DNA of 64,000 bases from the human T2T-CHM13v2.0 reference genome, Homo sapiens. The translations under genes and the position numbers were made by a program. The notes under the pieces are model-generated. The model had not been told where the DNA came from. It was given only the letters and a program-made list of their open reading frames with translations, and searched no databases. This document shows positions 36,301 to 49,295 of the stretch, in pieces (within the stretch, counting starts at the first letter, position 1; each line of letters opens with the position of its first letter). The DNA lies in NCBI RefSeq assembly GCF_009914755.1, contig NC_060934.1; one strand, written 5' to 3'.

Positions 36301-39300
36301 AATTTGCAAGTGGAGATTTCAAGCGATTTGACGCCAATCTTAGACATGGAAATATCTTCATATTAAAAGTACACAGAGTCATTCGTAGAAACTAGTTTGT
36401 GATGTGTGCCTTCAACTCACAGAGTTTAACCTTTCTTTTCATAGAGCAGTTTGGAAACACTCTATTTGTAAAGTCTGCAAGTGGATATTTGGACCTCTTT
36501 GAGGCCTTCGTTGGAAACGGGATTTCTTCATACAACGCTAGACAGAAGAATTCTCAGTAACTTCTTTGTGTTGTGTGTATTCAACTCACAGAGTTGAAAC
36601 TTTCTTTAGAGAGAGCAGAGTTGAAACACTCTGTTTTTGGAATTTGCAACTGCAGATTTCAAGCGATTCTAGGCCTATGGCAGAAAAGGAAATATCTTCG
36701 TATAAAAACTACACAGAATCATTCTCAACAACTACTTTGTGATGTGTGCGTTCAACTCACAGAGTTTAACCTTTCTTTTCATAGAGCAGTTTGGAAACAC
36801 TCTGTTTGTAAAGCCTGCAAGTGCTTTTTTGGACTTCATTGAGGCCTTCGTTGGAAACGGGATTTCTTCATATAATGCTAGACAGAAGAATTCTCAGTCA
36901 CTTCTTTGTGTTGTGTGTATTCAAGTCACAGAGTTGAACCTTCCTTTAGACAGAGCAGTTTTGAAAAATTCTTTCTGTGTAATTTGCAAGTGGAGATTTC
37001 AAGCGATTTGAGGCTAATCTTTGAAATGGAAATATCTTCGTGTAAAAACTACACAGAATCATTCTCAGAAACTGCTTTGTCATCTGTGCGTTCAGTTCAC
37101 AGAGTTTCACCTTTCTCTTCATAGAGCAGTTTGGAAAGACTCTGTCTGTAAAGTCTGCAAGTGATTAGTTAGACCCCTTTGAGGCCTTCGTTGGAAGCGG
37201 GATTTCTCATTTACTGCTAGACAGAAGAATTCTCAGTAAATCCTTTGTGTTGTGTGTATTCAACTCACAGAGTGGAACCTTCCTTTATTCAGAGCAGTTT
37301 TGAAAAACACTTTTTGTGGAATTTGCAAGTGGAGATTTCAAGCGATTTGACGCCAATCTTAGAAATGGAAATATCTTCATATTAAAAGTACACAGAGTCA
37401 TTCGTAGAAACTAGTTTGTGATGTGTGCCTTCAACTCACAGAGTTTAACCTTTCTTTTCATAGAGCAGTTTGGAAACACTCTATTTGTAAAGTCTGCAAG
37501 TGGATATTTGGACCTCTTTGAGGCCTTCGTTGGAAACGGGATTTCTTCATACAACGCTAGACAGAAGAATTCTCAGTAACTTCTTTGTGTTGTGTGTATT
37601 CAACTCACAGAGTTGAACCTTTCTTTAGAGAGAGCAGAGTTGAAACACTCTGTTTTTGGAATTTGCAACTGCAGATTTCAAGCGATTCTAGGCCTATGGC
37701 AGAAAAGGAAATATCTTCGTATAAAAACTACACAGAATCATTCTCAACAACTACTTTGTGATGTGTGCGTTCAACTCACAGAGTTTAACCTTTCTTTTCA
37801 TAGAGCAGTTTGGAAACACTCTGTTTGTAAAGCCTGCAAGTGCTTTTTTGGACTTCATTGAGGCCTTCGTTGGAAACGGGATTTCTTCATGTAATGCTAG
37901 ACAGAAGAATTCTCAGTCACTTCTTTGTGTTGTGTGTATTCAAGTCACAGAGTTGAACCTTCCTTTAGACAGAGCAGTTTTGAAAAATTCTTTCTGTGGA
38001 ATTTGCAAGTGGAGATTTCAAGCGATTTGAGGCTAATCTTTGAAATGGAAATATCTTCGTGTAAAAACTACACAGAATCATTCTCAGAAACTGCTTTGTC
38101 ATCTGTGCGTTCAGTTCACAGAGTTTCACCTTTCTCTTCATAGAGCAGTTTGGAAAGACTCTGTCTGTAAAGTCTGCAAGTGATTAGTTAGACCCCTTTG
38201 AGGCCTTCGTTGGAAGCGGGATTTCTCATTTACTGCTAGACAGAAGAATTCTCAGTAAATCCTTTGTGTTGTGTGTATTCAACTCACAGAGTGGAACCTT
38301 CCTTTATTCAGAGCAGTTTTGAAACACTCTTTTTGTGGAATTTGCAAGTGGAGATTTCAAGCGATTTGACGCCAATCTTAGACATGGAAATATCTTCATA
38401 TTAAAAGTACACAGAGTCATTCGTAGAAACTAGTTTGTGATGTGTGCCTTCAACTCACAGAGTTTAACCTTTCTTTTCATAGAGCAGTTGGGAAACACTC
38501 TATTTGTAAAGTCTGCAAGTGGATATTTGGACCTCTTTGAGGCCTTCGTTGGAAACGGGATTTCTTCATATAACGCTAGACAGAAGAATTCTCAGTAACT
38601 TCTTTGTGTTGTGTGTATTCAACTCACAGAGTTGAACCTTTCTTTAGAGGGAGCAGAGGTGAAACACTCTTTTTGTGGAATTTGCTAGTGTAGATTTCAA
38701 ACGCTTCGAAGACAGTGATAGAAAAGGATATATCTTCGTATTAAAAGTAGACAAAATCATTCTCAGAAAACTCTTTGTGATGTGTGTGTTCAACTCACAG
38801 AGTTTAACCTTTCTTTAATCGAGCAGTTTGGAAATACACTCTTTGTAAGTCTGCAGGTGGATATTTGGCCCTCTTTGAGCCCTTCGTTGGAAACGGGATT
38901 TCCTCATATAATGCTAGACAGAAGAATTCTCAGTAACTTCTTTGTGTTGTTTGTATTCAACACACAGATTTGAACCTTCCTTTAGAGAGAGCAGATTTGA
39001 AACACTCTGTTTTTGGAATTTGCAAGTGCAGATTTCAAGCGCTTCTAGGCCTATGGCAGAAAAGGAAATATCTTCGTATAAAAACTACACAGAATCATTC
39101 TCAACAACTACTTTGTGATGTGTGCGTTCAACTCACAGAGTTTAACCTTTCTTTTCATAGAGCAGTTTGGAAACACTCTGTTTGTAAAGCCTGCAAGTGC
39201 TTTTTTGGACTTCATTGAGGCCTTCGTTGGAAACGGGATTTCTTCATATAATGCTAGACAGAAGAATTCTCAGTCACTTCTTTGTGTTGTGTGTATTCAA

Positions 39301-42300
39301 GTCACAGAGTTGAACCTTCCTTTAGACAGAGCAGTTTTGAAAAATTCTTTCTGTGGAGTTTGCAAGTGGAGATTTCAAGCGATTTGAGGCTAATCTTTGA
39401 AATGGAAATATCTTCGTGTAAAAACTACACAGAATCATTCTCAGAAACTGCTTTGTCATCTGTGCGTTCAGTTCACAGAGTTTCACCTTTCTCTTCATAG
39501 AGCAGTTTGGAAAGACTCTGTCTGTAAAGTCTGCAAGTGATTAGTTAGACCCCTTTGAGGCCTTCGTTGGAAGCGGGATTTCTCATTTACTGCTAGACAG
39601 AAGAATTCTCAGTAAATCCTTTGTGTTGTGTGTATTCAACTCACAGAGTGGAACCTTCCTTTATTCAGAGCAGTTTTGAAAAACACTTTTTGTGGAATTT
39701 GCAAGTGGAGATTTCAAGCGATTTGACGCCAATCTTAGACATGGAAATATCTTCATATTAAAAGTACACAGAGTCATTCGTAGAAACTAGTTTGTGATGT
39801 GTGCCTTCAACTCACAGAGTTTAACCTTTCTTTTCATAGAGCAGTTTGGAAACACTCTATTTGTAAAGTCTGCAAGTGGATATTTGGACCTCTTTGAGGC
39901 CTTCGTTGGAAACGGGATTTCTTCATACAACGCTAGACAGAAGAATTCTCAGTAACTTCTTTGTGTTGTGTGTATTCAACTCACAGAGTTGAACCTTTCT
40001 TTAGAGAGAGCAGAGTTGAAACACTCTGTTTTTGGAATTTGCAACTGCAGATTTCAAGCGATTCTAGGCCTATGGCAGAAAAGGAAATATCTTCGTATAA
40101 AAACTACACAGAATCATTCTCAACAACTACTTTGTGATGTGTGCGTTCAACTCACAGAGTTTAACCTTTCTTTTCATAGAGCAGTTTGGAAACACTCTGT
40201 TTGTAAAGCCTGCAAGTGCTTTTTTGGACTTCATTGAGGCCTTCGTTGGAAACGGGATTTCTTCATATAATGCTAGACAGAAGAATTCTCAGTCACTTCT
40301 TTGTGTTGTGTGTATTCAAGTCACAGAGTTGAACCTTCCTTTAGACAGAGCAGTTTTGAAAAATTCTTTCTGTGTAATTTGCAAGTGGAGATTTCAAGCG
40401 ATTTGAGGCTAATCTTTGAAATGGAAATATCTTCGTGTAAAAACTACACAGAATCATTCTCAGAAACTGCTTTGTCATCTGTGCGTTCAGTTCACAGAGT
40501 TTCACCTTTCTCTTCATAGAGCAGTTTGGAAAGACTCTGTCTGTAAAGTCTGCAAGTGATTAGTTAGACCCCTTTGAGGCCTTCGTTGGAAGCGGGATTT
40601 CTCATTTACTGCTAGACAGAAGAATTCTCAGTAAATCCTTTGTGTTGTGTGTATTCAACTCACAGAGTGGAACCTTCCTTTATTCAGAGCAGTTTTGAAA
40701 AACACTTTTTGTGGAATTTGCAAGTGGAGATTTCAAGCGATTTGACGCCAATCTTAGACATGGAAATATCTTCATATTAAAAGTACACAGAGTCATTCGT
40801 AGAAACTAGTTTGTGATGTGTGCCTTCAACTCACAGAGTTTAACCTTTCTTTTCATAGAGCAGTTTGGAAACACTCTATTTGTAAAGTCTGCAAGTGGAT
40901 ATTTGGACCTCTTTGAGGCCTTCGTTGGAAACGGGATTTCTTCATACAACGCTAGACAGAAGAATTCTCAGTAACTTCTTTGTGTTGTGTGTATTCAACT
41001 CACAGAGTTGAACCTTTCTTTAGAGAGAGCAGAGTTGAAACACTCTGTTTTTGGAATTTGCAACTGCAGATTTCAAGCGATTCTAGGCCTATGGCAGAAA
41101 AGGAAATATCTTCGTATAAAAACTACACAGAATCATTCTCAACAACTACTTTGTGATGTGTGCGTTCAACTCACAGAGTTTAACCTTTCTTTTCATAGAG
41201 CAGTTTGGAAACACTCTGTTTGTAAAGCCTGCAAGTGCTTTTTTGGACTTCATTGAGGCCTTCGTTGGAAACGGGATTTCTTCATATAATGCTAGACAGA
41301 AGAATTCTCAGTCACTTCTTTGTGTTGTGTGTATTCAAGTCACAGAGTTGAACCTTCCTTTAGACAGAGCAGTTTTGAAAAATTCTTTCTGTGTAATTTG
41401 CAAGTGGAGATTTCAAGCAATTTGAGGCTAATCTTTGAAATGGAAATATCTTCGTGTAAAAACTACACAGAATCATTCTCAGAAACTGCTTTGTCATCTG
41501 TGCGTTCAGTTCACAGAGTTTCACCTTTCTCTTCATAGAGCAGTTTGGAAAGACTCTGTCTGTAAAGTCTGCAAGTGATTAGTTAGACCCCTTTGAGGCC
41601 TTCGTTGGAAGCGGGATTTCTCATTTACTGCTAGACAGAAGAATTCTCAGTAAATCCTTTGTGTTGTGTGTATTCAACTCACAGAGTGGAACCTTCCTTT
41701 ATTCAGAGCAGTTTTGAAACACTCTTTTTGTGGAATTTGCAAGTGGAGATTTCAAGCGATTTGACGCCAATCTTAGACATGGAAATATCTTCACATTAAA
41801 AGTACACAGAGTCATTCGTAGAAACTAGTTTGTGATGTGTGCCTTCAACTCACAGAGTTTAACCTTTCTTTTCATAGAGCAGTTGGGAAACACTCTATTT
41901 GTAAAGTCTGCAAGTGGATATTTGGACCTCTTTGAGGCCTTCGTTGGAAACGGGATTTCTTCATATAACGCTAGACAGAAGAATTCTCAGTAACTTCTTT
42001 GTGTTGTGTGTATTCAACTCACAGAGTTGAACCTTTCTTTAGAGGGAGCAGAGGTGAAACACTCTTTTTGTGGAATTTGCTAGTGTAGATTTCAAACGCT
42101 TCGAAGACAGTGATAGAAAAGGATATATCTTCGTATTAAAAGTAGACAAAATCATTCTCAGAAAACTCTTTGTGATGTGTGTGTTCAACTCACAGAGTTT
42201 AACCTTTCTTTAATCGAGCAGTTTGGAAATACACTCTTTGTAAGTCTGCAGGTGGATATTTGGCCCTCTTTGAGCCCTTCGTTGGAAACGGGATTTCCTC

Positions 42301-45300
42301 ATATAATGCTAGACAGAAGAATTCTCAGTAACTTCTTTGTGTTGTTTGTATTCAACACACAGATTTGAACCTTCCTTTAGAGAGAGCAGATTTGAAACAC
42401 TCTGTTTTTGGAATTTGCAAGTGCAGATTTCAAGCGCTTCTAGGCCTATGGCAGAAAAGGAAATATCTTCGTATAAAAACTACACAGAATCATTCTCAAC
42501 AACTACTTTGTGATGTGTGCGTTCAACTCACAGAGTTTAACCTTTCTTTTCATAGAGCAGTTTGGAAACACTCTGTTTGTAAAGCCTGCAAGTGCTTTTT
42601 TGCACTTCATTGAGGCCTTCGTTGGAAACGGGATTTCTTCATATAATGCTAGACAGAAGAATTCTCAGTCACTTCTTTGTGTTGTGTGTATTCAAGTCAC
42701 AGAGTTGAACCTTCCTTTAGACAGAGCAGTTTTGAAAAATTCTTTCTGTGGAGTTTGCAAGTGGAGATTTCAAGCGATTTGAGGCTAATCTTTGAAATGG
42801 AAATATCTTCGTGTAAAAACTACACAGAATCATTCTCAGAAACTGCTTTGTCATCTGTGCGTTCAGTTCACAGAGTTTCACCTTTCTCTTCATAGAGCAG
42901 TTTGGAAAGACTCTGTCTGTAAAGTCTGCAAGTGATTAGTTAGACCCCTTTGAGGCCTTCGTTGGAAGCGGGATTTCTCATTTACTGCTAGACAGAAGAA
43001 TTCTCAGTAAATCCTTTGTGTTGTGTGTATTCAACTCACAGAGTGGAACCTTCCTTTATTCAGAGCAGTTTTGAAACACTCTTTTTGTGGAATTTGCAAG
43101 TGGAGATTTCAAGCGATTTGACGCCAATCTTAGACATGGAAATATCTTCACATTAAAAGTACACAGAGTCATTCGTAGAAACTAGTTTGTGATGTGTGCC
43201 TTCAACTCACAGAGTTTAACCTTTCTTTTCATAGAGCAGTTGGGAAACACTCTATTTGTAAAGTCTGCAAGTGGATATTTGGACCTCTTTGAGGCCTTCG
43301 TTGGAAACGGGATTTCTTCATATAACGCTAGACAGAAGAATTCTCAGTAACTTCTTTGTGTTGTGTGTATTCAACTCACAGAGTTGAACCTTTCTTTAGA
43401 GGGAGCAGAGGTGAAACACTCTTTTTGTGGAATTTGCTAGTGTAGATTTCAAACGCTTCGAAGACAGTGATAGAAAAGGATATATCTTCGTATTAAAAGT
43501 AGACAAAATCATTCTCAGAAAACTCTTTGTGATGTGTGTGTTCAACTCACAGAGTTTAACCTTTCTTTAATCGAGCAGTTTGGAAATACACTCTTTGTAA
43601 GTCTGCAGGTGGATATTTGGCCCTCTTTGAGCCCTTCGTTGGAAACGGGATTTCCTCATATAATGCTAGACAGAAGAATTCTCAGTAACTTCTTTGTGTT
43701 GTTTGTATTCAACACACAGATTTGAACCTTCCTTTAGAGAGAGCAGATTTGAAACACTCTGTTTTTGGAATTTGCAAGTGCAGATTTCAAGCGCTTCTAG
43801 GCCTATGGCAGAAAAGGAAATATCTTCGTATAAAAACTACACAGAATCATTCTCAACAACTACTTTGTGATGTGTGCGTTCAACTCACAGAGTTTAACCT
43901 TTCTTTTCATAGAGCAGTTTGGAAACACTCTGTTTGTAAAGCCTGCAAGTGCTTTTTTGCACTTCATTGAGGCCTTCGTTGGAAACGGGATTTCTTCATA
44001 TAATGCTAGACAGAAGAATTCTCAGTCACTTCTTTGTGTTGTGTGTATTCAAGTCACAGAGTTGAACCTTCCTTTAGACAGAGCAGTTTTGAAAAATTCT
44101 TTCTGTGGAGTTTGCAAGTGGAGATTTCAAGCGATTTGAGGCTAATCTTTGAAATGGAAATATCTTCGTGTAAAAACTACACAGAATCATTCTCAGAAAC
44201 TGCTTTGTCATCTGTGCGTTCAGTTCACAGAGTTTCACCTTTCTCTTCATAGAGCAGTTTGGAAAGACTCTGTAAAGTCTGCAAGTGATTAGTTAGACCC
44301 CTTTGAGGCCTTCGTTGGAAGCGGGATTTCTCATTTACTGCTAGACAGGAGAATTCTCAGTAAATCCTTTGTGTTGTGTGTATTCAACTCACAGAGTGGA
44401 ACCTTCCTTTATTCAGAGCAGTTTTGAAACACTCTTTTTGTGGAATTTGCAAGTGGAGATTTCAAGCGATTTGACGCCAATCTTAGACATGGAAATATCT
44501 TCATATTAAAAGTACACAGAGTCATTCGTAGAAACTAGTTTGTGATGTGTGCCTTCAACTCACAGAGTTTAACCTTTCTTTTCATAGAGCAGTTTGGAAA
44601 CACTCTATTTGTAAAGTCTGCAAGTGGATATTTGGACCTCTTTGAGGCCTTCGTTGGAAACGGGATTTCTTCATACAACGCTAGACAGAAGAATTCTCAG
44701 TAACTTCTTTGTGTTGTGTGTATTCAACTCACAGAGTTGAACCTTTCTTTAGAGAGAGCAGAGTTGAAACACTCTGTTTTTGGAATTTGCAACTGCAGAT
44801 TTCAAGCGATTCTAGGCCTATGGCAGAAAAGGAAATATCTTCGTATAAAAACTACACAGAATCATTCTCAACAACTACTTTGTGATGTGTGCGTTCAACT
44901 CACAGAGTTTAACCTTTCTTTTCATAGGGCAGTTTGGAAACACTCTGTTTGTAAAGCCTGCAAGTGCTTTTTTGGACTTCATTGAGGCCTTCGTTGGAAA
45001 CGGGATTTCTTCATATAATGCTAGACAGAAGAATTCTCAGTCACTTCTTTGTGTTGTGTGTATTCAAGTCACAGAGTTGAACCTTCCTTTAGACAGAGCA
45101 GTTTTGAAAAATTCTTTCTGTGGAGTTTGCAAGTGGAGATTTCAAGCGATTTGAGGCTAATCTTTGAAATGGAAATATCTTCGTGTAAAAACTACACAGA
45201 ATCATTCTCAGAAACTGCTTTGTCATCTGTGCGTTCAGTTCACAGAGTTTCACCTTTCTCTTCATAGAGCAGTTTGGAAAGACTCTGTCTGTAAAGTCTG

Positions 45301-48300
45301 CAAGTGATTAGTTAGACCCCTTTGAGGTCTTCGTTGGAAGCGGGATTTCTCATTTACTGCTAGACAGAAGAATTCTCAGTAAATCCTTTGTGTTGTGTGT
45401 ATTCAACTCACAGAGTGGAACCTTCCTTTATTCAGAGCAGTTTTGAAAAACACTTTTTGTGGAATTTGCAAGTGGAGATTTCAAGCGATTTGACGCCAAT
45501 CTTAGACATGGAAATATCTTCATATTAAAAGTACACAGAGTCATTCGTAGAAACTAGTTTGTGATGTGTGCCTTCAACTCACAGAGTTTAACCTTTCTTT
45601 TCATAGAGCAGTTTGGAAACACTCTATTTGTAAAGTCTGCAAGTGGATATTTGGACCTCTTTGAGGCCTTCGTTGGAAACGGGATTTCTTCATACAACGC
45701 TAGACAGAAGAATTCTCAGTAACTTCTTTGTGTTGTGTGTATTCAACTCACAGAGTTGAACCTTTCTTTAGAGAGAGCAGAGTTGAAACACTCTGTTTTT
45801 GGAATTTGCAACTGCAGATTTCAAGCGATTCTAGGCCTATGGCAGAAAAGGAAATATCTTCGTATAAAAACTACACAGAATCATTCTCAACAACTACTTT
45901 GTGATGTGTGCGTTCAACTCACAGAGTTTAACCTTTCTTTTCATAGAGCAGTTTGGAAACACTCTGTTTGTAAAGCCTGCAAGTGCTTTTTTGGACTTCA
46001 TTGAGGCCTTCGTTGGAAACGGGATTTCTTCATGTAATGCTAGACAGAAGAATTCTCAGTCACTTCTTTGTGTTGTGTGTATTCAAGTCACAGAGTTGAA
46101 CCTTCCTTTAGACAGAGCAGTTTTGAAAAATTCTTTCTGTGGAGTTTGCAAGTGGAGATTTCAAGCGATTTGAGGCTAATCTTTGAAATGGAAATATCTT
46201 CGTGTAAAAACTACACAGAATCATTCTCAGAAACTGCTTTGTCATCTGTGCGTTCAGTTCACAGAGTTTCACCTTTCTCTTCATAGAGCAGTTTGGAAAG
46301 ACTCTGTCTGTAAAGTCTGCAAGTGATTAGTTAGACCCCTTTGAGGCCTTCGTTGGAAGCGGGATTTCTCATTTACTGCTAGACAGAAGAATTCTCAGTA
46401 AATCCTTTGTGTTGTGTGTATTCAACTCACAGAGTGGAACCTTCCTTTATTCAGAGCAGTTTTGAAACACTCTTTTTGTGGAATTTGCAAGTGGAGATTT
46501 CAAGCGATTTGACGCCAATCTTAGACATGGAAATATCTTCATATTAAAAGTACACAGAGTCATTCGTAGAAACTAGTTTGTGATGTGTGCCTTCAACTCA
46601 CAGAGTTTAACCTTTCTTTTCATAGAGCAGTTGGGAAACACTCTATTTGTAAAGTCTGCAAGTGGATATTTGGACCTCTTTGAGGCCTTCGTTGGAAACG
46701 GGATTTCTTCATATAACGCTAGACAGAAGAATTCTCAGTAACTTCTTTGTGTTGTGTGTATTCAACTCACAGAGTTGAACCTTTCTTTAGAGGGAGCAGA
46801 GGTGAAACACTCTTTTTGTGGAATTTGCTAGTGTAGATTTCAAACGCTTCGAAGACAGTGATAGAAAAGGATATATCTTCGTATTAAAAGTAGACAAAAT
46901 CATTCTCAGAAAACTCTTTGTGATGTGTGTGTTCAACTCACAGAGTTTAACCTTTCTTTAATCGAGCAGTTTGGAAATACACTCTTTGTAAGTCTGCAGG
47001 TGGATATTTGGCCCTCTTTGAGCCCTTCGTTGGAAACGGGATTTCCTCATATAATGCTAGACAGAAGAATTCTCAGTAACTTCTTTGTGTTGTTTGTATT
47101 CAACACACAGATTTGAACCTTCCTTTAGAGAGAGCAGATTTGAAACACTCTGTTTTTGGAATTTGCAAGTGCAGATTTCAAGCGCTTCTAGGCCTATGGC
47201 AGAAAAGGAAATATCTTCGTATAAAAACTACACAGAATCATTCTCAACAACTACTTTGTGATGTGTGCGTTCAACTCACAGAGTTTAACCTTTCTTTTCA
47301 TAGAGCAGTTTGGAAACACTCTGTTTGTAAAGCCTGCAAGTGCTTTTTTGGACTTCATTGAGGCCTTCGTTGGAAACGGGATTTCTTCATATAATGCTAG
47401 ACAGAAGAATTCTCAGTCACTTCTTTGTGTTGTGTGTATTCAAGTCACAGAGTTGAACCTTCCTTTAGACAGAGCAGTTTTGAAAAATTCTTTCTGTGGA
47501 GTTTGCAAGTGGAGATTTCAAGCGATTTGAGGCTAATCTTTGAAATGGAAATATCTTCGTGTAAAAACTACACAGAATCATTCTCAGAAACTGCTTTGTC
47601 ATCTGTGCGTTCAGTTCACAGAGTTTCACCTTTCTCTTCATAGAGCAGTTTGGAAAGACTCTGTCTGTAAAGTCTGCAAGTGATTAGTTAGACCCCTTTG
47701 AGGCCTTCGTTGGAAGCGGGATTTCTCATTTACTGCTAGACAGAAGAATTCTCAGTAAATCCTTTGTGTTGTGTGTATTCAACTCACAGAGTGGAACCTT
47801 CCTTTATTCAGAGCAGTTTTGAAAAACACTTTTTGTGGAATTTGCAAGTGGAGATTTCAAGCGATTTGACGCCAATCTTAGACATGGAAATATCTTCATA
47901 TTAAAAGTACACAGAGTCATTCGTAGAAACTAGTTTGTGATGTGTGCCTTCAACTCACAGAGTTTAACCTTTCTTTTCATAGAGCAGTTTGGAAACACTC
48001 TATTTGTAAAGTCTGCAAGTGGATATTTGGACCTCTTTGAGGCCTTCGTTGGAAACGGGATTTCTTCATACAACGCTAGACAGAAGAATTCTCAGTAACT
48101 TCTTTGTGTTGTGTGTATTCAACTCACAGAGTTGAACCTTTCTTTAGAGAGAGCAGAGTTGAAACACTCTGTTTTTGGAATTTGCAACTGCAGATTTCAA
48201 GCGATTCTAGGCCTATGGCAGAAAAGGAAATATCTTCGTATAAAAACTACACAGAATCATTCTCAACAACTACTTTGTGATGTGTGCGTTCAACTCACAG

Positions 48301-49295
48301 AGTTTAACCTTTCTTTTCATAGAGCAGTTTGGAAACACTCTGTTTGTAAAGCCTGCAAGTGCTTTTTTGGACTTCATTGAGGCCTTCGTTGGAAACGGGA
48401 TTTCTTCATATAATGCTAGACAGAAGAATTCTCAGTCACTTCTTTGTGTTGTGTGTATTCAAGTCACAGAGTTGAACCTTCCTTTAGACAGAGCAGTTTT
48501 GAAAAATTCTTTCTGTGTAATTTGCAAGTGGAGATTTCAAGCGATTTGAGGCTAATCTTTGAAATGGAAATATCTTCGTGTAAAAACTACACAGAATCAT
48601 TCTCAGAAACTGCTTTGTCATCTGTGCGTTCAGTTCACAGAGTTTCACCTTTCTCTTCATAGAGCAGTTTGGAAAGACTCTGTCTGTAAAGTCTGCAAGT
48701 GATTAGTTAGACCCCTTTGAGGCCTTCGTTGGAAGCGGGATTTCTCATTTACTGCTAGACAGAAGAATTCTCAGTAAATCCTTTGTGTTGTGTGTATTCA
48801 ACTCACAGAGTGGAACCTTCCTTTATTCAGAGCAGTTTTGAAAAACACTTTTTGTGGAATTTGCAAGTGGAGATTTCAAGCGATTTGACGCCAATCTTAG
48901 ACATGGAAATATCTTCATATTAAAAGTACACAGAGTCATTCGTAGAAACTAGTTTGTGATGTGTGCCTTCAACTCACAGAGTTTAACCTTTCTTTTCATA
49001 GAGCAGTTTGGAAACACTCTATTTGTAAAGTCTGCAAGTGGATATTTGGACCTCTTTGAGGCCTTCGTTGGAAACGGGATTTCTTCATACAACGCTAGAC
49101 AGAAGAATTCTCAGTAACTTCTTTGTGTTGTGTGTATTCAACTCACAGAGTTGAACCTTTCTTTAGAGAGAGCAGAGTTGAAACACTCTGTTTTTGGAAT
49201 TTGCAACTGCAGATTTCAAGCGATTCTAGGCCTATGGCAGAAAAGGAAATATCTTCGTATAAAAACTACACAGAATCATTCTCAACAACTACTTT

